Shown here: positions 1 through 8,930 of the stretch, piece after piece
Position numbering within the stretch: the first letter of the stretch is position 1
Layout of the letters: each line of letters opens with the position of its first letter
NCBI GenBank assembly: GCA_020351305.1
Contig: CP070730.1
Coordinates: 1,178,133 to 1,242,132 of the forward strand
Source of the DNA: Candidatus Bathyarchaeota archaeon
Lineage (GTDB): Archaea; Thermoproteota; Bathyarchaeia; Bathyarchaeales; SOJC01
Direction: 5' to 3'
DNA length: 64,000 nucleotides
Translations under genes and position numbers: made by a program
The notes under the pieces: model-generated
Database searches by the model: none
What the model saw: only the letters and a program-made list of their open reading frames with translations
Told to the model about the DNA's origin: nothing

Positions 1-643
1 CGACCATAATGGTATCAACTCGACTGGGACCAACTCCTGATTCAGAACAAATGGCAGCAGCACTTGTGTCACGGCTAGTTACATAGGGATAGGACCCGTG
101 ATATAGCGAAAGCATCAAGCCTTGCGTTCCTTCCAGAATAACTGTTTTATTTAAATCTATAGCTGCGTTCGCTTCTCCAGCAACATCTACTAAAAACTGC
201 TTCAATTCCGGTATGTCCTTCGCTAACTTGGCTGACCTTTTTGCTCTTTCTTGAACTGCTGGACCAACGCCCCACTCGGTAGTGCCAAGGCTTTTCAAGT
301 GCCCATTGCTTCTGTCAATTCCAGAGTGCTGCTGCGTAATGATTGACGCTTGTCTATCAATTCCAATCCGTCCTTCAACATCTGTTTGTGCAACTTCTTT
401 CAGGAATTGAGGTACATGAATGTTGGCTCCCGGACCAATTAGCAGACGACATTTGTCATAGACAAATGTAGAAGGGACCATATGTAACGCATAGCGTTTG
501 CCTTTGAAATGTATAGTGTGAGCTGCGTTGACAGAGCCAGTGCGTATACAAACGTCAACTTTATCCTTCAAAGCCAAGTAAGATATGATTTTGCCTTTGC
601 CTTCATCTCCCCAAAATGCTCCAGCAACTACAGTACATGCCAA
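1..643 (-). CDS. purA: adenylosuccinate synthetase (partial; C-terminus lies beyond the window start)
   Basis: Not in the ORF track because it is cut by the window edge. Minus-strand translation from TTG (643-641) reads LACTVVAGAFWGDEGKGKIISYL...GTTEWGVGPA...LEGTQGLMLSLYHGSYPYVTSRDTSAAA. The GDEGKGK P-loop and TQG...YPYVTS are PurA signatures. An in-frame stop lies just upstream at 677-679. Confidence 0.85.
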   Translation of the reverse strand, partial: MACTVVAGAFWGDEGKGKIISYLALKDKVDVCIRTGSVNAAHTIHFKGKRYALHMVPSTFVYDKCRLLIGPGANIHVPQFLKEVAQTDVEGRIGIDRQASIITQQHSGIDRSNGHLKSLGTTEWGVGPAVQERAKRSAKLAKDIPELKQFLVDVAGEANAAIDLNKTVILEGTQGLMLSLYHGSYPYVTSRDTSAAAICSESGVGPSRVDTIMV

Positions 644-833
644 AGCTTGCTCACCACAGCATTCAGAGTCAAATAACTATATTTAAAAGTATTTGTAAAC
701 TTCATGTAAATGCAGTATCTATTTTTACAAAGAAAGTGTCAATTTATATCGATGTATCAAATAAACTTAAGAATTAAAGAGAATAATTTTTGTCTCTGTG
801 GAAATGGAGGTTTAAAACATTACATTCAACGCA

Positions 834-1568
834 GTGCTTTTCGACTTTGGAGATACATTAGTATTAACGGACCGATGGAACTATGATAAATGCTTGAAAA
901 GGCTCCTAGAAAGTCTACATAATGATAGTGTAATAATTTCAATTCCATACGAGAAATTTAAACATGTTTATTTTAGAGTACGCAATCAAATGTACCTTGA
1001 ATCCGAAAAATCTCTCAGAGAGGTGGATTTTGGACAACGTATTGCGAAGACACTGAAAAGCTTCAATCTTAATATTAACGGTAAAAACCCAGCAGTAAAG
1101 CGAGCTATCGAATGTTTTCTGGATGCTTTTATCGAAGATGCACACATAGAAAGCTATGCACCAACATTGCTTACACGGTTAAAGAAGGAATACAAACTTG
1201 GGCTAGTGTCCAACTTCGCCTATGCACCTGGATTATGGAAGACATTAGATCGCTTTGATTTAACAAAATTCTTTGAAGTTGTAGCGATTTCTGGTGAGTT
1301 GGGCTATCGAAAACCTCACCCAAGGATCTTTCGAAAAGCATTGAAAACGCTCAAAGTCAGGGCTAATAAGGCAGTTTTCGTGGGAGATTCTCTGAAAGCT
1401 GACATTTTTGGCGCCAAAAGACTTGGCTTGAAGACAGTATTGGTTGAAAATGTAGGAGTCCGGAAAAATCCCTATGCAATTGCAGGTGAGCTTGATCCTT
1501 TTCCTGTGAAGCCAGATATTGCGATACCTAACCTGAGAAAACTGGCTGAAATCTTAGACATCTTGTAG
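834..1568 (+). CDS. HAD-superfamily hydrolase
   Basis: N-terminal LFDFGDTL (HAD motif I-like), LVSNF (motif II), KPHPRIF and VGDSLKADI (motifs III/IV). GTG start; the frame is open upstream only to 816. Confidence 0.8.
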   Translation: MLFDFGDTLVLTDRWNYDKCLKRLLESLHNDSVIISIPYEKFKHVYFRVRNQMYLESEKSLREVDFGQRIAKTLKSFNLNINGKNPAVKRAIECFLDAFIEDAHIESYAPTLLTRLKKEYKLGLVSNFAYAPGLWKTLDRFDLTKFFEVVAISGELGYRKPHPRIFRKALKTLKVRANKAVFVGDSLKADIFGAKRLGLKTVLVENVGVRKNPYAIAGELDPFPVKPDIAIPNLRKLAEILDIL

Positions 1569-1635
1569 TCTTTCCGGACTACCTGTGTCCATACCAGAAT
1601 TTGTCTTTCTTTTATCTAAGTTTCAAATGCGTACG

Positions 1636-1893
1636 TCATGCATTTATTAGAAGATGAGGATTCAGCTGCTCCATCCATTCAACTTCTTTCAGAAAGATTC
1701 TTAATGGGGGTTTCCTAGGCTGGGTGATGCAGAAAACGGTTGGTTTCCCGCTTTCTTTCTCATGCTTTGCATTAGCCACATAGACATTAACCAGAACGGA
1801 TCCATCTTTAAGATGCAGGTTGACACGGCGACCTATGTAAGCACGAGCCATGTTTAGGTTGAAGCGTTCCATACCCACGATTATCTTCTCCAT
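1636..1893 (-). CDS. hypothetical small protein (possible Sm-like beta fold)
   Basis: 85-aa ORF. The YIGRRVNLHLKDGSVLVNVYV segment is reminiscent of Sm/LSm strands, but no firm motif is present. Confidence 0.35.
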   Translation of the reverse strand: MEKIIVGMERFNLNMARAYIGRRVNLHLKDGSVLVNVYVANAKHEKESGKPTVFCITQPRKPPLRIFLKEVEWMEQLNPHLLINA

Positions 1894-2099
1894 TCGTAGT
1901 GGTCACTTGCAATCCTATTCCAACAATAGGTGCAAATTGGGAGTTTCTGCTTTTCATACATTATATAGACTTCTATGCTGGTGCCTTTGCATTCTCTTTT
2001 CCATGGATTCTGACATCTCTCAACAGGCATATGATTACAACTCACAGGAATATCCATTTTTTTCCTGTGTTGCTTTTGAACCGTTTGCTTCAGCAACAT
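1881..2099 (-). CDS. hypothetical Cys-rich small protein
   Basis: 72-aa ORF (58 aa from the internal Met) with Cys pattern C-x8-C...C...C-x2-C. Its stop overlaps the start of the downstream ORF by 13 nt. Confidence 0.25.
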   Translation of the reverse strand: MLLKQTVQKQHRKKMDIPVSCNHMPVERCQNPWKRECKGTSIEVYIMYEKQKLPICTYCWNRIASDHYEWRR

Positions 2100-2192
2100 C
2101 CCATGAAGGTGAGAGACTCGGGTGAAAATAAAACAGCAAACCTAATGCACTAGCCTGCCTAGGTGGAAACATGAACATTGATTTTGTTTTTT

Positions 2193-2705
2193 TCAAAGCT
2201 CTATGATTTCTGGCTCTATCTCTTTCTTTCTGATTTTTAGTAATGCAACAGAAGGTTTTGTTAAGAAAGGGGGAATTGGATTGGTGGGACTGCCAGGGTT
2301 AATTAACAGCATTCCATTTTTATATTTCAAACTTGGCTTATGAATGTGACCGGATACAAAAACATGGAAGCCTCGCTTCTCAATAGTATCACTGAATCTG
2401 TTACTTCGGAAGAAAAAGCTAAGACTATGGGTTACACCAATCTTCCAGTCGTATACATCAATTGAATTCACTAAAGGCATTCTTTTTTTCACTGCTCGCG
2501 TGTCCATGTTGCCATGCACTGCAAGCACGGGTGCCATCTGCTTCAGCTCTTCAATCACGCTTAATCTCGTCAAGTCACCAGCGTGAATGATAAGGCTGAC
2601 ATCTCGGAAGATATCGAAAACCTTACCTGGAATGGCCTTTGCACGAGCAGGAATATGCGTATCTGAGATTAGGCCTATTTGTTTCAACGCTTTCAGCCTT
2701 ATCAA
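2193..2705 (-). CDS. metallophosphoesterase, MJ0936/YfcE family
   Basis: Motifs SDTH, HAGD, HGNMD and GHIH. About 170 aa, typical for the family. The start may instead be the TTG at 2687. Confidence 0.85.
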   Translation of the reverse strand: MIRLKALKQIGLISDTHIPARAKAIPGKVFDIFRDVSLIIHAGDLTRLSVIEELKQMAPVLAVHGNMDTRAVKKRMPLVNSIDVYDWKIGVTHSLSFFFRSNRFSDTIEKRGFHVFVSGHIHKPSLKYKNGMLLINPGSPTNPIPPFLTKPSVALLKIRKKEIEPEIIEL

Positions 2706-2860
2706 TACTTGTTAGTTATTGTAGCAATATAGAGGGAAGGTTATAAAGTTAACATGTTCCTGTCAAGTTTGGATGTATTCCAGCTCTTCGCCTATCATTG
2801 TAGATATGAACGAGTGAGAATCAATTCCAACAAGAAAATCAAAGTTATTAGCCAAAACAG

Positions 2861-3868
2861 CTAGAATTTCTTTTTCTCTTGCATCAGAATTGTAATAACC
2901 ACGAAAGAAATTATTAGTAATATATTTAGATTCCTCCAAATAGTCACTAGAGTATTATCTAATAGGATAGCATCCCCCCCAATAATCGCTTGGACTTTTA
3001 TACTTTTCAAGATAGTACTTACTAGACCGTCATTATCAACAACTGTCAAATTAACACTATGAGTTCCTGATGAGGCGAATTTATAGATAATTGCGGGATA
3101 GGTGGAGTTCAGTGGAGTGCTCTGGTCAAAATCCCAAGAATATATTTCAATCTTCCTGTCTGGATCATAGCTCCCAGAAGCGTTAAAGACTACGGTTTCG
3201 CCCACAAGGGGATATGTAGGTTGCCACGAGAAGATGGCGACTGGGGGAACTAAGATTCTAATAAGACTTTGGTCGTGGGGATTGCACTCTTCGAATAGAT
3301 CAACTTCAACAGTTTCTCCGTCCGTGACAATTGATTGCTGCTGGTCGGGTTTATCAGTGCTGTTCCATTCAATCTTGATCCATGTTCCTTCAGCAGTAAT
3401 CTGCAAGCTGAACGGGTTCTTCCAACCTGCTTCGCGTGAGGTCAAGAGCAAATCTGCCCGAATTCCATTCAAGATTGATGCGTAAACGTCAATTACAATA
3501 TCATTCCAGTCATAATCGGTCCAGTCTTCGAAAATATACGTGTAATTCGCATCTGCGTCTTCCCAGTTGTCATCAACTGGAAATGTTTGTGCCATTTTGC
3601 ATGGATAATAATGAGGGTTCCAAGTATCGTTTTCAAGGTATGTACAAGTTATAACTGGAGCAATCGTGATACGCTTGCCTATTTCGATAGGTATAATAAA
3701 AGGCAGGTAGTCGTTTGGGATACTGTCTGGTTCGTCATTTAAATGGTCGAAGTGACATGATTCAGCCTGAATCTTAAATGTTGATTCCACACAAGAAACA
3801 ACTGAGATCTCAGCAAATACAATAATCAACAATTGAAAAAAAAGATAGCATCTCCAATAATCCTTCAT
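2861..3868 (-). CDS. secreted/surface protein with PKD domain and C-terminal TM anchor
   Basis: N-terminal signal-like hydrophobic segment. PKD-like GETVVFNASGSYDPD...YSWDFD...HSVNLTVVDNDG. C-terminal hydrophobic helix followed by KKKF. Several N-x-S/T sequons. Confidence 0.75.
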   Translation of the reverse strand: MKDYWRCYLFFQLLIIVFAEISVVSCVESTFKIQAESCHFDHLNDEPDSIPNDYLPFIIPIEIGKRITIAPVITCTYLENDTWNPHYYPCKMAQTFPVDDNWEDADANYTYIFEDWTDYDWNDIVIDVYASILNGIRADLLLTSREAGWKNPFSLQITAEGTWIKIEWNSTDKPDQQQSIVTDGETVEVDLFEECNPHDQSLIRILVPPVAIFSWQPTYPLVGETVVFNASGSYDPDRKIEIYSWDFDQSTPLNSTYPAIIYKFASSGTHSVNLTVVDNDGLVSTILKSIKVQAIIGGDAILLDNTLVTIWRNLNILLIISFVVITILMQEKKKF

Positions 3869-4160
3869 ACTATCCGCCTTAAATGAGAATTTTCACGCAT
3901 ACACCATTGATAGTCGAATGCCCGGCATTTATTAGGATTCTGGAGTAGTGTTCTATAGTAAACATACAATTCCGGTCGTGCAACATACAGCATTTGGATA
4001 ACCTGCGCGTATCAAATGATTACATAAATGCCTTTGGATAATCTCTTTACTAAGCTTAGGCTGATATTCAGAAAGTAGGTGAAAATGCACGTGTAAGTCA
4101 GAAGGGCTGCACACTTTTTATCTTCTAATGTGTTGTGTTAATTGGAGCTCGATCTGTTTG

Positions 4161-5036
4161 ATGATAGGGATTCTAGGAAGGCATCTTGAGGGATGGGGCA
4201 CTATGCAATTAAGGGATTCTCTTGAAAAGCATGATATACCGTTTACGCTTTTAGGATTAGCCAACCTTGCAGCAAGAGTTGGTTATCCACTACGAGCGGA
4301 TAAAAATGGCCCTAAGGATATTGCCGATTTCACAACATTAATCATCCGCCCCATTGGGCGTGGTTCACTTGAGGAAATCATCTTTAGAATGGATTTGCTT
4401 CATACTTTTGAACGTCGAGGCGTTTTGATTGTGAATCCACCTAGAGCAATTGAGCGTTGTGTAGATAAGTACTATGCATTGGCGCTCTTGGAGGAAAATG
4501 GGATGCCTGTACCCCGGACTATGGTGACTGAGAGTGAAGAGGAAGCTTTGAAGGGACTTCGTGAATTGGGAGGCGATGTAATATTAAAACCGCTCTTCGG
4601 CTCACAGGGAGTGGGCTCTACACGAGTTTTTAATGAAGATGTGGCGGCACGAATTTTTAGTTCGGTCAGGTTTCATCATGGTGTTCTTTATCTTCAAGAG
4701 TTTATTCCCCACGGGGATTCTGATATTCGTGCCTTTGTAGTGGGCAACCGTGTAGTTGCAGCCATGCGGAGAGCAGGAAGTTCTTGGAAAACCAATGTAA
4801 GCCAAGGTGCTCAACCTGTGGCGATTCAGCTTGATGATGAGCTTGAGTCTTTGGCCATCAAAGCAGCGACCATAATTGACTGCAAGGTTGCAGGTGTAGA
4901 CATTCTGGAAAGCAGGAAAGGCCCTTTGATTATTGAAATTAACAGTCAACCCGGGTGGCGTGGCTTACAATCTGTATCGAAAGTAAACATCGCAGATTCC
5001 ATTATCGAGTATGTGTTGGCTGAGGTGAAAAAATAA
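4161..5036 (+). CDS. RimK-family ATP-grasp ligase (alpha-L-glutamate ligase type, e.g. MptN/CofF-like)
   Basis: ATP-grasp motifs: ILKPLFGSQGVG, LYLQEFI, GVDILE...IIEINSQPGW. ATG at 4161 (MIGILG) is preferred over the longer track ORF starting at 4128. Confidence 0.8.
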   Translation: MIGILGRHLEGWGTMQLRDSLEKHDIPFTLLGLANLAARVGYPLRADKNGPKDIADFTTLIIRPIGRGSLEEIIFRMDLLHTFERRGVLIVNPPRAIERCVDKYYALALLEENGMPVPRTMVTESEEEALKGLRELGGDVILKPLFGSQGVGSTRVFNEDVAARIFSSVRFHHGVLYLQEFIPHGDSDIRAFVVGNRVVAAMRRAGSSWKTNVSQGAQPVAIQLDDELESLAIKAATIIDCKVAGVDILESRKGPLIIEINSQPGWRGLQSVSKVNIADSIIEYVLAEVKK

Positions 5037-5037
5037 G

Positions 5038-5841
5038 ATGCGCATAATGACTAAGAATGTAACTGTTACTAGAGTCAATGTTGCCACTGCTCAGAGAGAA
5101 GTAAGAGAAGACATCGTGGCCAGAGAGGCTCCTCTACATGTTTTTCTAGGAGCAATTCATTTTGTCTCCATTCTTTGCTCGCCAAGTATGCAAAAGGAAT
5201 TGGTGGTGGGATATTTGCTAAGCGAGGGTTTAGCAGATTCTGTAAACGAGATTTTCAACATTAATTTCGATAAAGAAAACAGATGCTTCGTAACTTTAAG
5301 AAAGCCAGATATTCAAGAGCATGTGTTTGTTTCGAAACCCTTTGCCCAACTGATAGTTTCTGCGTGTGGGAGTGTAGGATATAGATCACTTTCCGAGTTG
5401 CTTTCTACGATTGAACTAAAGCCTTTACCTTTCTGGCAAGTTGATGCGAAAATAGTCTTAGAATGTGTTAGAGGACTGAACGTATTAGCAGACACTTACA
5501 GGAAATCTGGAGGGGTACACGTTGCTGCATTGTATAAGCAAAATGGAGAATTAGCCGTATCGGCTGAGGATGTAGGTAGACATAACGCTGTTGACAAAGT
5601 AATTGGATTGGCATCCTTGAAGGGACTGGATTTGAATAATTGCTTTTTAGCTTTGAGTGGACGATTGACGGGGAATATTGTTTTAAAAATGGCGCGCGTC
5701 GGGGTACCCATTGTAGCTTCATTAGCGGCAGCAATTGATTCCGGTGTGATAGTAGCTGAGAAGGCGAAGATCACTCTAATTGGCTTTGTGAGAGGAAATA
5801 AAATGAATGTTTATTCAGGTCTTGACAGAATTGGATTTTAA
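5038..5841 (+). CDS. fdhD: formate dehydrogenase accessory sulfurtransferase FdhD
   Basis: GGVHVAAL and EDVGRHNAVDKVIG motifs. Length 267 aa. Confidence 0.9.
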   Translation: MRIMTKNVTVTRVNVATAQREVREDIVAREAPLHVFLGAIHFVSILCSPSMQKELVVGYLLSEGLADSVNEIFNINFDKENRCFVTLRKPDIQEHVFVSKPFAQLIVSACGSVGYRSLSELLSTIELKPLPFWQVDAKIVLECVRGLNVLADTYRKSGGVHVAALYKQNGELAVSAEDVGRHNAVDKVIGLASLKGLDLNNCFLALSGRLTGNIVLKMARVGVPIVASLAAAIDSGVIVAEKAKITLIGFVRGNKMNVYSGLDRIGF

Positions 5842-6137
5842 TTATACCCTGTTGACTAATTTTTAGTGCCAAGAAAACAAGCGTGATGACTAACCTACTG
5901 CAAGCATCTTTACTCTATGTAAAAACATGTTTCTACCTGATATTTTTAAGAAAAACGCCCAGCAAAAACATTATCATTAATGATATCACTATGGAGAGGT
6001 GAATTACAGAACCCAAATGAATAAAAGTTGTTAGAAGGAAGAAAGAACGGTGTCAGGCAAACTAAAGCAACCATGATTGGCGAAATGTCATCTATTATGC
6101 AGCCTGCGCGCATTCCATCATAAAGGCTTAACCAAAC

Positions 6138-6461
6138 TTAGATTCGGGCAGATCTATCTTGAGGGGTTCTGACCTCTTCGATAATCTTTTTACCAGCAGC
6201 AACTTCATCAACTGAGTGTATTGTGGCCCCCATTTCTTCAAGTTTCCGCTTTACAACTTCAAAATCTATGCTTTCACCAGCAATTATGACCTTTGCGTTT
6301 TCCACATTTTGGTCAATCTCATAAATGATTATATTTACTCCTTCGATACCATTGAGGTTGCTTAATCCTTCGGAAAGTTCAACCACGCTTGGTTTGTGAG
6401 GTTTTAGGACATCAAGAACGAGCCTTTTTATCATTTTATCGTGACTCGCTATAGTTTTCAT
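6138..6461 (-). CDS. DUF211-family protein (COG1888)
   Basis: [13 protein letters not shown]...[30 protein letters not shown]...[10 protein letters not shown] matches my memory of the archaeal DUF211 pattern. Confidence 0.7.
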   Translation of the reverse strand: MKTIASHDKMIKRLVLDVLKPHKPSVVELSEGLSNLNGIEGVNIIIYEIDQNVENAKVIIAGESIDFEVVKRKLEEMGATIHSVDEVAAGKKIIEEVRTPQDRSARI

Positions 6462-6531
6462 GTCCAGATTTTTAACTATTGCTTTTTTTATTATTGCACA
6501 CGTGCATTAAACAAGGAGTTATTGGTTAGCA

Positions 6532-7200
6532 TCAGCTATTAGATTCAGGTTTGGCCTCGGGTTTGTAAAGTCTTTTTTCATAGGCAGTTCTTGGTTTAAG
6601 TTTAATTCTAAGGGATTTCATCTCTTTTCTTCGTTCTAAATTTCTTGCCCTTGCCACGACTTTCGCAATTCGTGTTTTAGATGGTTCACGAATTTTTCGA
6701 GATCTCACAGGGACTGGTGTGAAGGGCTTCAGTGCTGGCTTTCTCCGACGTTTCTTGGAGGGCTTATTAGCTGCTTCTTCTTTTGTTTGCTTTTTGAAGG
6801 TCACTGCACGTTCCATTAAGCTTATGCTTTGAACTTCCCAACCAGCGCTTGTCCAAGCACGACCTTGTGATGTTGTTCTGCCTTTCCACCAGCTTTCACT
6901 TCGCAACGCTCCCAAGGGCAGGTTATCGTTTATTATTCCTTCGATTCTTGAAAAGGTTAATCTGACTAAGCTTGTGTATTGCCCTCGCCTCCAAAGATAC
7001 TCTCTAAGAGGGCTATACTTTGAACCAGCCCGTCGAGGTGCAACAATTCTTCTTGCACAATTTAGGCAGATGTAGTCTCTTTGCTCGCTCCAGAGATTCA
7101 CTGTCATACAACTTCGACAGTAAAGTTTTTTGCATTTGGCGCAACTTCTCAAAGAATAAAGGGATAATACTCTATTGCAGAGGGTGCACTCGTCTTTCAT
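6532..7200 (-). CDS. zinc-finger protein (8-Cys module) with central conserved domain and highly basic tail
   Basis: Four CxxC pairs: C5-x2-C8-x11-C20-x2-C23-x4-C28-x2-C31-x13-C45-x2-C48. Middle segment LTFSRIEGII..LP.GA....WW......AW.SAGW.V. K/R-rich C-terminus. Confidence 0.6.
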   Translation of the reverse strand: MKDECTLCNRVLSLYSLRSCAKCKKLYCRSCMTVNLWSEQRDYICLNCARRIVAPRRAGSKYSPLREYLWRRGQYTSLVRLTFSRIEGIINDNLPLGALRSESWWKGRTTSQGRAWTSAGWEVQSISLMERAVTFKKQTKEEAANKPSKKRRRKPALKPFTPVPVRSRKIREPSKTRIAKVVARARNLERRKEMKSLRIKLKPRTAYEKRLYKPEAKPESNS

Positions 7201-7269
7201 ATAGAAGATAGTGTCTCAAACGCCTTGAAAAGGGTGTTGATGCCATTGATTGTTTTACATGAGCTTTGT

Positions 7270-8241
7270 CTAATAAATCACTATAGCCTGAAATGCTATG
7301 TATGTTAAGATCAAGATTATCCCGATTGATCGACAATTTGTTCTCTTTGTCAGGTGATACCACATTACTAAGGATGTTATTAGGACGAAGGTAATGATTT
7401 CTATGAACGAAGATATGTTGATCGAGAAGGGTGAGAAGAGGGAGGAAAGAAACACAACACCTAATATTAAGGTTAAGTTTGAAAGGTTGGAGCCTATTGC
7501 GTTCGCAGTAGCCAAATGAAAACGCCCTCGTTTAGCTGCAGATAAGCTCAAGCTTAGTTCAGGAAGGGAGGTTCCGATGGCAAGCAATTTAGCCCCTATG
7601 AAAATCTGGGGAAGACCGAAAGCGCCAGCAATGTCAATGGCTGACGACACTGCGAATCTAGCAGAGATAATAATAATGATTGTGCCGAACAGAATCTTTA
7701 GGGCAGTTATGGGCTTATTTAGCGGTTTCTCCTCGCCTTTGTTAGACTTCATAGAAGTTGGCTTTAATTTTGGTTTTTTATTCCTCGTCTCTCTATAAAT
7801 GCTCAAAGCAAAGATTCCTAAGAGTCCAATACCTATAAGATAAGTATCTACTGTGAGAACAACCAGAACTAAGGGAATTATTGAAGAAAGGAGAAGGATG
7901 TCCGCAATTTCAATCAATCCCTCTGGACATTCTCGTAAAAAGCCTGCTGTAACCATCAACACACCGACTACTATCCCCAGGTTGAACACATTTGAACCCA
8001 GCAAATCTCCAATTGAAAGCTCCGCTGCGCCTCCTGAGACTGCAAAGATTGCAACCATGAGCTCTGGTGTGGAAGTGATAACAGATAGAAGCGCAAAGCC
8101 AACTGATGTTTCAGAAAACCCTGTGAGTTCCATGAAATCCTCTACAGATCGAATAACATACTGAGACACATAAGACAATACAGCCATAGAAGTCACTAGC
8201 GTTACTAATGAAACTAAGAGACCACTTATCCCTGAGAGCAT
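7270..8241 (-). CDS. sodium/calcium exchanger family (CaCA, YrbG-like) membrane protein
   Basis: Two alpha-repeat signatures: GDLLGSNVFNLG and GTSLPEL. Multi-TM, 323 aa. Confidence 0.85.
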   Translation of the reverse strand: MLSGISGLLVSLVTLVTSMAVLSYVSQYVIRSVEDFMELTGFSETSVGFALLSVITSTPELMVAIFAVSGGAAELSIGDLLGSNVFNLGIVVGVLMVTAGFLRECPEGLIEIADILLLSSIIPLVLVVLTVDTYLIGIGLLGIFALSIYRETRNKKPKLKPTSMKSNKGEEKPLNKPITALKILFGTIIIIISARFAVSSAIDIAGAFGLPQIFIGAKLLAIGTSLPELSLSLSAAKRGRFHLATANAIGSNLSNLTLILGVVFLSSLFSPFSINISSFIEIITFVLITSLVMWYHLTKRTNCRSIGIILILTYIAFQAIVIY

Positions 8242-8345
8242 GACTTGTCATAATGCACTAATCCTTAAAATTCTTAAGGCTGATATTCCATGCACAAATA
8301 ATTGCTTTAACCGTGAAACGAAGAGGAAAAGATGGAAGTGTCGAT

Positions 8346-8444
8346 ATTCCGCCCAAATTCCGCCCAAATTCCGCCCAAATTCCGCCCAAATTCCGCCCAA
8401 ATTCCGCCCAAATTCCGCCCAAATTCCGCCCAAATTCCGCCCAA
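8346..8444. repeat. perfect tandem repeat, 11-bp unit ATTCCGCCCAA x 9
   Basis: Counted directly: nine identical contiguous units at 8346-8444. Intergenic, 105 nt upstream of the CaCA start codon at 8241. Confidence 0.95.
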
Positions 8445-8661
8445 TGCCCGCTCTGTAAAACTCGTGGGTATACATGGGCTTTTTAGGATACCGTTGTGAT
8501 TATTAAGGACGCACTGTTGAGGCATTAAGTCAGTGGACTTTTTTGAGGATGTTCAGACAAAATTTCTGAGCCGCGCGAGTAATGCACGCATTTTGAAGGC
8601 ATGCACCTAGCTAAACCAGGAATCTCTTACACTTGTTCAACAAGATCGGACTAGCCAAGAA

Positions 8662-8865
8662 TTAATCTTTAACAAGTTTGACGACGACAAAAATCCCAAT
8701 TAGAAAAGAGATTAAACCCAGCACCATTGCATAAGTTTGAGGAATTAGCCTACTCAATACAGCCACGAAATAGGTTGGTCCAATAAAACACAGCAAGGCA
8801 GCCAGTACAGCATACAATGCTTGCCTGACTTCTTTCCTTCCAAACCAACTCTTAGTCATGCCCAA
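8662..8865 (-). CDS. hypothetical small membrane protein (2 predicted TM helices)
   Basis: 67-aa ORF with two hydrophobic stretches; no recognisable family. Confidence 0.4.
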   Translation of the reverse strand: MGMTKSWFGRKEVRQALYAVLAALLCFIGPTYFVAVLSRLIPQTYAMVLGLISFLIGIFVVVKLVKD

Positions 8866-8930
8866 TCAAGCATCACCAATTCACACAGCATAATTTTAGG
8901 CTTCATTATTAACTCTTTCCTCCTCAAAAC

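Noticed and set aside
5883-5940. Candidate C/D-box sRNA: GUGAUGA at 5883-5889 and CUGA at 5937-5940, 58 nt apart, in an intergenic region
   Set aside because: No recognisable D' (CUGA) 12 nt after the C box and no C' box 12 nt before the D box. The flanks form no terminal stem. The match may well be chance.
8240-8525. Three 72-75-aa ORFs (both strands) running through the 11-bp tandem repeat, giving NSAQIPPKFRP-type peptide repeats
   Set aside because: They are open only because three units equal 33 bp, which keeps any stop-free frame open across the array. There is no ribosome-binding context, and they overlap each other. They are treated as artefacts of the repeat.
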